64,000 nt of DNA from an uncultured virus (IMG/VR IMGVR_UViG_3300033175_000002) (lineage: Duplodnaviria; Heunggongvirae; Uroviricota; Caudoviricetes), in the IMG/VR virus record IMGVR_UViG_3300033175_000002; one strand, 5' to 3'. The first letter of the stretch is position 1. Every line of letters begins with the position of its first letter. Both the position numbers and the translations under genes were made by a program. The notes below the pieces were generated by a model. It made no database searches and was not told the DNA's origin. It saw only the letters and a list, made by a program, of their open reading frames with translations. Of this stretch, positions 57,063 through 64,000 are shown one piece after another.

Positions 57063-57433
57063 GCCCTGAAGCGGTCATCTGGATCCTCGGGATGCTGTTC
57101 ATCATCGTCGGGACCGTTGCCGCATGGCTGGCGTTCAGCTTCCGGCACCTGCGGGGAACGGTGTACGTGTCCCTTGCGGAGGTCGGGGAGCTGCTCGTCC
57201 TCATCGCTCGATGGTACAAACTCGAGGATCCCGAGGAGAAGGCTGCCCGGATCCTAAAGATGGATCGGGAGACGCTGAAGCTAGAGATCGAGCGGGGCAA
57301 CCTCATGATGCTGATAGCGCGTCGGGCCGAGGCGATCCTCGCTACGCTGAAATCTGCCGTCCCCGATGCGGGGAGGCTCATCCACGACATCGAGGACGAT
57401 TTCTGTGGGGATGGTCGGCAGCGTGGAGGCTGA
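57059..57433 (+). CDS. Membrane protein
   Basis: AVIWILGMLFIIVGTVAAWLAF; ATGA overlap. Confidence 0.6.
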   Translation: MSPEAVIWILGMLFIIVGTVAAWLAFSFRHLRGTVYVSLAEVGELLVLIARWYKLEDPEEKAARILKMDRETLKLEIERGNLMMLIARRAEAILATLKSAVPDAGRLIHDIEDDFCGDGRQRGG

Positions 57434-57434
57434 T

Positions 57435-58187
57435 ATGGAGTACATCGTCGAACCGCTGGATTTTCGCAAGTATTTCTACACGTGCGTGATCCTGGCGATA
57501 GTCTGTCTGCTTACCGGCCTCGCCGCGGTCTCGATCAGCGGTTACGCGGGCGTGCTGGAGACCTCGATCAAGGGGACGGGGTCGATGGACGTCCGGCATC
57601 ATACTGAGAGGGCGGCCGACGTGGCGATGGCCCAGAACGCGACCGTCGTCTACCAGTCCTCGATTACCGGGTCGGTGGACGATATGGCCCGGGCCTTCTC
57701 GACCTCGTTCATGGTCTTTGGCGCGGGAGGGACCCGTCGGGACCAGTACGTCGTCAAAGGGTCTGGGGCCGGCAACAAAGTCGAGTTCCGAGCTACCCAG
57801 CTCTCGGGGGATTTCGTCGGTGAAGGCGATATCGTCTTGAGGATGGAAGACGATCGCGAAAGCTTCGAGTCCCGGATAGTCCTCGATTCGACTGCTGGGG
57901 AGGCGGTGTTCCAGGGGCGCGTCAAAGCTCGTGACCCCGTCGGAAGGCCGTTCACCGTGGAAGAGATCGAAGCGGTCGGGGCGTTCCTGATCGAGTCGTA
58001 CTTGCTGGAGGAGGAGCCTCCGGAGACCGTCGCGAACTGGCTGACGTTCTGCTCGCTCATCAACACCGAGCTCCAGTCCGTTGCGCCGGGGGCTTACGTC
58101 ACGCCCGAAGGCTATACCCTGGACGGGTGGGGGAACCTCACCCCGGACCAAGACTGCCCTACCGGCCGATGCCCTTACGCGAGCTGA
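57435..58187 (+). CDS. Membrane-anchored/secreted beta-rich protein
   Basis: YFYTCVILAIVCLLTGLAAVSI then beta-rich domain; ends CPTGRCP. Confidence 0.6.
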   Translation: MEYIVEPLDFRKYFYTCVILAIVCLLTGLAAVSISGYAGVLETSIKGTGSMDVRHHTERAADVAMAQNATVVYQSSITGSVDDMARAFSTSFMVFGAGGTRRDQYVVKGSGAGNKVEFRATQLSGDFVGEGDIVLRMEDDRESFESRIVLDSTAGEAVFQGRVKARDPVGRPFTVEEIEAVGAFLIESYLLEEEPPETVANWLTFCSLINTELQSVAPGAYVTPEGYTLDGWGNLTPDQDCPTGRCPYAS

Positions 58188-58280
58188 CGTTCTGGGGAGG
58201 CCCGATGCCCGATCCGAGGCGTCGGGCCAAACCCACCCGAAATCGAGCAGCATCGCCCTCATCCGCCTATTTTTTGATGC

Positions 58281-58494
58281 GTGCAGATCGGCCATAACTT
58301 GTGATAATTTTGGATCCGTAGGTCTGAAGATTCCGGGAAAACTGTTAAACCGCTACCAGGCTCGGCCGTCCTAGCCTCGCGTTGGCGGCCGATCTCGATC
58401 GGGCCTTTATGTTAGAAGCTCGGGTTTTATCTGGCCCGTTTATTCAATTTTATATCGAATTATCCTGGCCGTTGAATCTGATCCGAGCCGAATC
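58281..58494 (+). repeat. Long direct repeat copy 2
   Basis: Near-identical to 30415-30628. Confidence 0.97.
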
Positions 58495-58598
58495 CTGGTC
58501 CACGGATGGAAAAAAAGATGTCTGTGGATCACTTTCGGCCCGTGCGTGTCCGTAAAGAGTTTATATGCTGTAGAATATTATCTCATGGAGACTAATGT

Positions 58599-58907
58599 AT
58601 GGCGGGGCCTGGGAAGCTGTACTCGATCGGTGAGGTTCGGACCGCTGCCGAGGTGGTCCTAGGCTGGTCCCGGCGAGTGCTCCCTCCCGTCATCGTGTTC
58701 TCTCCAAAATCCGTCGCGGTTCGGAGCGATTCAGAGATCGGCTATTACTCGTGTTGGGAGGAGTTTGGTACGTGGTCCTGTTCGTGTCCCAGCTTTTATA
58801 TTTCAGGATCGTGTAAGCATCTAGTCCGGGCGAAGTTGGCCGCAGTCCATGAAGCTGATCGAGTGACGACCGCTGCGCCTCGGGCCATGTCTGCCTTGAT
58901 CGAATAG
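58599..58907 (+). CDS. SWIM zinc-finger protein
   Basis: WSCSCPSFYISGSCKHL; AAAGAGTTTATATG promoter upstream. Confidence 0.8.
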   Translation: MAGPGKLYSIGEVRTAAEVVLGWSRRVLPPVIVFSPKSVAVRSDSEIGYYSCWEEFGTWSCSCPSFYISGSCKHLVRAKLAAVHEADRVTTAAPRAMSALIE

Positions 58908-59020
58908 GGCTCGCGTGGCTGGTTCCAGATGGGGTCCGAGGCATCATTTTAATGCGACCGTAAAGTAAATAATATAAGAGTGGGATACTTAGGGCAGAGA
59001 CTGCCGTGCGAGGTGGTGCG

Positions 59021-59359
59021 ATGCTTAGACGTGTCCCAACAGAAGTCCACATTAAACGCCCCGAAGTTTCGAGCCGGATCGATGCCGACGGAGTCCGGAG
59101 GCTATCGTCCCGAGAGATGCGGGAGAAGTGGCGGGTGCCTCCCGGTGCTGTTTTGATGAGATTGAACGGGTCGGTCCGGCCTGATCTGCTCGATCTGGTT
59201 GCCGATTCGGAAGCTTTCGTTTTCGGGTATCGTCTCCCTTCCGAGGGGTCCGACTCGATCATCGCGATGGTCGTGTCGTCTTCTCCCGGGACGACTGGGT
59301 GCGTGAGGACCAAGCTTCCGATCAAGGACATCCTCCCGCTTGATGAGGGGTCTCGATGA
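59021..59359 (+). CDS. Hypothetical protein
   Basis: GTGCGAGGTG RBS motif. Confidence 0.55.
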   Translation: MLRRVPTEVHIKRPEVSSRIDADGVRRLSSREMREKWRVPPGAVLMRLNGSVRPDLLDLVADSEAFVFGYRLPSEGSDSIIAMVVSSSPGTTGCVRTKLPIKDILPLDEGSR

Positions 59360-59545
59360 CCCGGATCGACCCGGATCTGATGGCCGACGTCGCCGTCGAG
59401 AGCCGGATGCAAGCGTTCGCCGACCGGCTCCGAGACGTCCCGGTCGAGGCCCTGGTAAACGAGCTTCTGCGTGTCCCGACAGAAGATCTAGTCGCCGAGC
59501 TTCGGCGGAGGGGCATCTCAATTGGATCGTGTGAGGTAGATAATT

Positions 59546-60445
59546 TTGAACGAATCCGTGCGTAGCGAAACAGTAGACTCGGTCGAGATCACCTCGATCC
59601 GAGATCAAGCCGGGGACCGGAAACTGACCCCGGTCGAAGAGCAGGCCCTTCTCAACGTTGGCCGAGCTGCCTACCAGCTGCATGAGGAGTTCTCGGTTCC
59701 GTGGCCTAGGATCGCCGCGATGGGCAATTTCGTGACCGCCGTCGTCGAACTGATCTCTACCCCAGTTCGGGAGATCAGGTTCAGCATCAACGAAGAGGGC
59801 AACATCCTCGTCGGGCTGAACGATCTGGACGAGGATGCAGAGGTCGAACGCGGGACGGGCGAGACAACCCCTCCCAGTGACGATACCCCCCTCCCCCCAG
59901 ATCCCACTGCGAGCAACCCTTACGTGGCTATGTGGACCTCCCGGATCAAGGGGCTCGTCCCAGAAGGGTTCCCGGTCGGGAAGCCGGCCGAGTGGACCGC
60001 CGCTAACGAATGGTCTGCCCGCCGGATAGCTAGCTCGCTGGGGTATTCGCCCTCGACCGTTTCGAATGCGGTCACCATCTTGTGCAGGCTCGGGTGGCTG
60101 CGGCAGAGCTGGTCACCGAACGTCCCCCGGCTGTTCATGTACTACATCGCCGACCCCGCCGAGGAGGAGGGGAAGCCGCCCGGGTTGCTGTCGGAACTTT
60201 CCGACTCGGATATCATCGCCTGCCTGCCCGATGAACCCCCGCGTCCGGGCGAAGCTGTTTCGCTGGGGGCGCCTGGGACAGTCCGGGCCGTCGCTGACGA
60301 GTTCTGCGTCCGCAAGTCGCTGGCGTCTGAGCGGTTGCGGAAACTGTACACCGCGAAGAAGATCGGTCGGGTCTGGACGGTCATCCACACCGGCGGAGTC
60401 CCGGTCAACGGCTGCGTGTACTTCAAGAAGGGGGGCGACCTGTGA
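59546..60445 (+). CDS. Protein with two winged-helix domains
   Basis: SARRIASSLGYSPSTVSNAVTILCRLGWL and TVRAVADEFCVRKSLASERLRKLYTAKKI. Confidence 0.7.
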   Translation: MNESVRSETVDSVEITSIRDQAGDRKLTPVEEQALLNVGRAAYQLHEEFSVPWPRIAAMGNFVTAVVELISTPVREIRFSINEEGNILVGLNDLDEDAEVERGTGETTPPSDDTPLPPDPTASNPYVAMWTSRIKGLVPEGFPVGKPAEWTAANEWSARRIASSLGYSPSTVSNAVTILCRLGWLRQSWSPNVPRLFMYYIADPAEEEGKPPGLLSELSDSDIIACLPDEPPRPGEAVSLGAPGTVRAVADEFCVRKSLASERLRKLYTAKKIGRVWTVIHTGGVPVNGCVYFKKGGDL

Positions 60446-60807
60446 ACCAGGTCGTCGTTCGAGGCACCCCGGAGTGGAGCCCCTCCGAGGGCCCCCTCAT
60501 CCAGATCATCGGGATCGAGGGGGTGGCGGTAAAATCCGAGCTACCCCCTGAGTACCTGGCCATGTACCCTCACATGTACTGTCCCGAGCCGGGGTCGCAG
60601 ACGGTCGTCATCAGGATGTCCCCAGAAGTGATGCTGATTGTCCCCCCAGACCCGCGACCCACCCCGAAAAAGACATTCGGGGAGCTCGTCCGGGTCATGC
60701 AAAAATGCAGGGACAACCTTCGCCAGGTCTCGGCGGCTTCTGAGAGGAGAGCGAAGGAAAAGCAGCAGAAATGGCTGTCTAAGGGGCCGATCGAGGTCCG
60801 CATCTGA
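60442..60807 (+). CDS. Hypothetical protein
   Basis: GTGA overlap. Confidence 0.55.
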   Translation: MNQVVVRGTPEWSPSEGPLIQIIGIEGVAVKSELPPEYLAMYPHMYCPEPGSQTVVIRMSPEVMLIVPPDPRPTPKKTFGELVRVMQKCRDNLRQVSAASERRAKEKQQKWLSKGPIEVRI

Positions 60808-60813
60808 GGTACC

Positions 60814-61329
60814 ATGCATCCGAAAAGCAAACCAAAAGGGTCGGCTGAATCCCAACCCCGACCCGTTGCCCGAATCGTCGAGATGGGGGCGGGGGCCGAG
60901 GCGGTCCCCGACCTCACCGAACCCGTTGACCAGCTTACCGTCGTCAAGGTACCCTATCGGGACCCTGAGCTCGAAGCGGCCGAACAGATCGATGACCAGG
61001 ACGCGAAGACGATTGCTGTCGTCGCACTGTTCCTCCGGTCCCTGCCTCCGTACGCTAGCGCTCCGATCGAGGATCGAAAAGAGCTGGGGCGGGAGTGGGC
61101 GACCGCTGGCATATCCCTGGAGGAGATCGCGGCATGGGTGGCAGTCGGGGTCGCCTCCCCTCGGAGGGCGGTCGAGCTCAAGCAGTTCGGCCTGAGTCCC
61201 GGGGACGTTGCTTCTCCTACCGTTGATGGGGGGCCTACGATCGGCCACCTCTATAACGAGAGCAAGATCAATATCGAGACCGCTGTCTCCTACTCCCGGA
61301 AGGTGGCTGCGGGGAGGTCCCACCAGTGA
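60814..61329 (+). CDS. Hypothetical protein
   Basis: GAGGT RBS; WATAGISLEEIAAWVAVG helical motif. Confidence 0.55.
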   Translation: MHPKSKPKGSAESQPRPVARIVEMGAGAEAVPDLTEPVDQLTVVKVPYRDPELEAAEQIDDQDAKTIAVVALFLRSLPPYASAPIEDRKELGREWATAGISLEEIAAWVAVGVASPRRAVELKQFGLSPGDVASPTVDGGPTIGHLYNESKINIETAVSYSRKVAAGRSHQ

Positions 61330-61733
61330 CCAGCAGCCTCTACAAAGATTTCGTCGGACGGCGGGTCCGGATTGCGGGCAGGTCTGGCGTCGTGGTTGGT
61401 GAGCTGTTAATAGTCTCCGATTACGAGCTCACCGTCCAAGGCGCCACCGGCACCGTCGTCCTCATGAAGGGGTCGGTCTGGTCCGTCGAGCTGTCCGGGT
61501 CGACTGAATGCGCCGGACAGATCGTCCAGGGCGAGATCCTTTCGAAGCTGGTCGGGGAGAAGGTCTCCATCGTCGTTGGGGGGAACGTTGGCCTTTCCGG
61601 TACCATCCTGAAGGTGAGCCGATACGAGATCGAGATCAAGTCCGGGGACCGGGTTGTCCTCGTGCCAAAAGGATCCGTCGACCGGATCGTGATCGCTGGG
61701 AAGGGCGAGGTTTTCGGAGCGCGGGCCAAGTAG
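61326..61733 (+). CDS. Tandem Sm/Hfq-like fold protein
   Basis: Two repeats of VGxxVxI...GxLxxVSxYExxI....VLxxKGSVxxI. Confidence 0.7.
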   Translation: MTSSLYKDFVGRRVRIAGRSGVVVGELLIVSDYELTVQGATGTVVLMKGSVWSVELSGSTECAGQIVQGEILSKLVGEKVSIVVGGNVGLSGTILKVSRYEIEIKSGDRVVLVPKGSVDRIVIAGKGEVFGARAK

Positions 61734-61806
61734 GCCCGCCCCCTCCCACAAGGATTATATTCGGGTGGCAAGATATAGGGATCTTGTATCTGGAGGTGCG
61801 GAAAGC

Positions 61807-62277
61807 GTGTCCCAACTCGATCCGGGATTATCCCCGATCAAATCGATACCAGTCGGTGATGTGTACCGGAGGCTGTCCGATCTGGAGGCCCGATTCGATT
61901 CGGAGACGGCCCGGTTATGGGCCGACAACGAAAAGCTGCGATCCGAGAACGCTGCGATCCGAAAAGAGCTGGTGGCCCATCAGGAGCGGCTTGCCGGGAT
62001 GCGGTCGGGTCTGCTTCATCTGATGGATCGTGAGCGGTCCTACAATGCCCAGCGATACCAAGATCTGGCAGCCCAGATCAGCTCCCTTGTCCGGGGCGCA
62101 AAAACCAAGTCGCTTACGTTCTCGGAGCTGAGGGGTTTTCTTCACATCGATGCTCCGACCCTGACCCGGGCCGCGAAAGCTGCTTGTGCTTCTGACCCTG
62201 ACCTGGAGATTTGTTTCGTAGCGGGGTCGAAGAAGGAGAAACAAATATGTTTTGGAGGAGATCGTTGTCTGCAATAA
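61807..62277 (+). CDS. Coiled-coil plus winged-helix protein next to candidate origin
   Basis: GGAGGTG RBS; heptads then LTFSELRGFLHIDAPTLTRAAK. Confidence 0.65.
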   Translation: MSQLDPGLSPIKSIPVGDVYRRLSDLEARFDSETARLWADNEKLRSENAAIRKELVAHQERLAGMRSGLLHLMDRERSYNAQRYQDLAAQISSLVRGAKTKSLTFSELRGFLHIDAPTLTRAAKAACASDPDLEICFVAGSKKEKQICFGGDRCLQ

Positions 62278-62526
62278 AACAATAATCCTGAGATTTGGAG
62301 CCCTGGAGAAAAACCGGGGTTAAAAATTGTAGTGTATGTATGTATGTATGTATGTATGTAGTCGTAACCATATTGATAGATAGATAGATAGATATCGATA
62401 GATATCGATCGGTTGATAGATCTTTAGGAGGTCAGTCGATTTGTGCGAGGTTTCGGTCGTCCCACCAGAAAATTGTTTTATTGCGCCAACAACCACCACC
62501 GTAGAAATTTCTAGGGTGGTGGTGGC
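62278..62526. other. Candidate replication origin
   Basis: AT-rich intergenic region with (TGTA)7, (GATA)5 and 32-bp palindrome immediately upstream of MCM. Confidence 0.6.
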
Positions 62527-64000
62527 TTGACTGAGCTGTCCGGGCCGTGGGGAAAAGTGACTCCCGAGGAGATCGAACGGTTCTTGTCGACCCGGTACCG
62601 GGACCGGATCCTGGAGCTGGCAGAACGGGGTCCCGACCGGTTCAGCCTGGTCGTTTCGTTCCGGGACGTGGCCCGGTTCAGCGTAGACCTGGCCGAGGGG
62701 CTGCTCGATCAGCCCACCGAGGTCATCGAGCTGTTCGAGGAGGTCTTGAGGTCGGCAGATCTACCGCTAGACGTCGACCTGTCCCAGTTCAGGGTTCTCG
62801 TCTCGGATCTGCCCGATTCCCAGAGGGTGACGGTCAACGACCTCCGGTCCGAGCATATCGGCCGGCTGATCGAGATCGTGGGTCTCGTCCGCACCGCTAC
62901 CGAGGTCCGGCCCCGGATCGTCAACTCGGTGTTCGAGTGCCAGCGATGCGGCCACATATTCTCGATCTTCCAGAATCAGTCGAAGTTTCGGGAGCCGTAC
63001 TCCTGTCCGAACCAGGCTTGCGATCGGAAGGGCCCGTTCCGGCTGATTCTCGCGAGGAGCAAGTACGTCGATGCCCAGAACATCCGAGTCCAGGCCCTAT
63101 ACGAGGAGCTGGACGGGGGCGAGATCCCCCAGACCCTCGACGTCCAGGTCGAACGCGACCTGACGGCCAAGGTCTTCCCCGGCGACGTCGTCGAGTTCGC
63201 CGGGGTGCTGAGGTCGTACCAGAGGTCGACCCAGGTCGGGAAGAGCTCCTACTTCGACCTGTTCCTCGACTGCCGGGGGCTGAGGGTCCGGAACAAGGAC
63301 CTCCTCGACACGGAGCTCACTCCCGAGGACGAGGACGAGATCCGACGGTTGGCGCGATCCCCGGACGCCCTCGGCCAGGTATCGAGCTCCTTAGTCCCGT
63401 ACATCCACGGGCACGACCCGATCAAACGCGCTATAGCCCTCCAGATCTTCAGCGCTCCGGAGGTTCGGCGGCCCGATGGAACCACAGTCCGGGGGGACGT
63501 CCACATCCTCCTGTGCGGGGATCCTGGTGTCGCAAAAAGTCAGATTCTCCGGAGGGCCGCAAAGCTGTCTCCCCGGAGCGTGTACACCTCCGGCAAGTCG
63601 GCCAGCGGGGTCGGGCTGACTGCCGCCGCCGTGAAGGACGACTCGGGCCGGTGGACGGTGGAGGGAGGAGCCCTCGTCCTGGCCGACGGCGGGTTCGCCT
63701 GCATCGATGAGCTGGACAAGATCGGCAAGGACGACCTGGGCTCGATTCATGAAGCCCTCGAACACCAGACGATCTCGTTCATGAAGGCGGGGATCAATGC
63801 GGTCCTACGGTGCAGGTCGCCGGTCCTAGCGGCGTGTAACCCGGTCGGTGAGAGGTTCGACCTCATGGAGCCCATATCAGCTCAGCTCGGGGTCCCGGCG
63901 GCGCTGCTGACCCGGTTCGACCTCGTCTACGCTCTGATCGACGACCCCGACCCGGACCGGTCCCGCCAGATGGTCGACCACATCTTGGCGTCGTACGTGG
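62527..64000 (+). CDS. mcm: MCM replicative helicase, truncated by window end (missing from ORF track)
   Basis: Manual translation from TTG 62527: LRSEHIGRLIEIVGLVR, FECQRCGH, HILLCGDPGVAKSQ, ACIDELDK, AACNP, LLTRFDL. Confidence 0.95.
   Translation, partial: MTELSGPWGKVTPEEIERFLSTRYRDRILELAERGPDRFSLVVSFRDVARFSVDLAEGLLDQPTEVIELFEEVLRSADLPLDVDLSQFRVLVSDLPDSQRVTVNDLRSEHIGRLIEIVGLVRTATEVRPRIVNSVFECQRCGHIFSIFQNQSKFREPYSCPNQACDRKGPFRLILARSKYVDAQNIRVQALYEELDGGEIPQTLDVQVERDLTAKVFPGDVVEFAGVLRSYQRSTQVGKSSYFDLFLDCRGLRVRNKDLLDTELTPEDEDEIRRLARSPDALGQVSSSLVPYIHGHDPIKRAIALQIFSAPEVRRPDGTTVRGDVHILLCGDPGVAKSQILRRAAKLSPRSVYTSGKSASGVGLTAAAVKDDSGRWTVEGGALVLADGGFACIDELDKIGKDDLGSIHEALEHQTISFMKAGINAVLRCRSPVLAACNPVGERFDLMEPISAQLGVPAALLTRFDLVYALIDDPDPDRSRQMVDHILASYV

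Noticed and set aside
62547..63710. 387-aa + strand ORF in the track
   Set aside because: Arg/Gly/Pro-rich off-frame shadow; the real gene is MCM in another frame
1..64000. Integrase, att sites or host flanking genes
   Set aside because: None recognised, so provirus versus free virus cannot be decided from this window

Overview
The window reads as a continuous ~64 kb stretch of a high-GC head-tailed archaeal virus or provirus with a contractile tail (myovirus type). Every credible gene is on the + strand. An archaeal host is inferred from BRE/TATA promoters, GAGGTG-type Shine-Dalgarno sites, an MCM helicase, a Hef-like helicase and a histone-fold gene; a Methanosarcinales/Methanothrix-like host is a guess. 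Order: 3' end of an IS200/IS605 tnpB element (1-337); accessory/early region with a Ro60/TROVE gene, degenerate SET-domain gene, histone-fold gene, DUF932-like, ASCH and many small ORFs (0.6-17 kb); Hef helicase and truncated QueE fusion; TerS, TerL, portal; a giant MuF head protein carrying zincin and ADP-ribosyltransferase domains followed by two paralogous candidate immunity genes; protease, major capsid, fibres, sheath, tube, frameshifted tail chaperone, tape measure, baseplate; membrane proteins; regulators, a tandem Hfq/Sm-like gene, a candidate origin and a truncated MCM. The most unusual signals are (i) the MuF multi-effector/immunity system, (ii) a possible viral RNA-regulation toolkit (Ro60 plus structured leader, a stand-alone ncRNA candidate complementary to ribosome-binding sites, tandem Hfq-like protein), (iii) SET plus histone genes, and (iv) a 200-bp direct repeat bracketing the whole morphogenesis module. 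All calls come from reading motifs by eye; no searches or folding programs were run.
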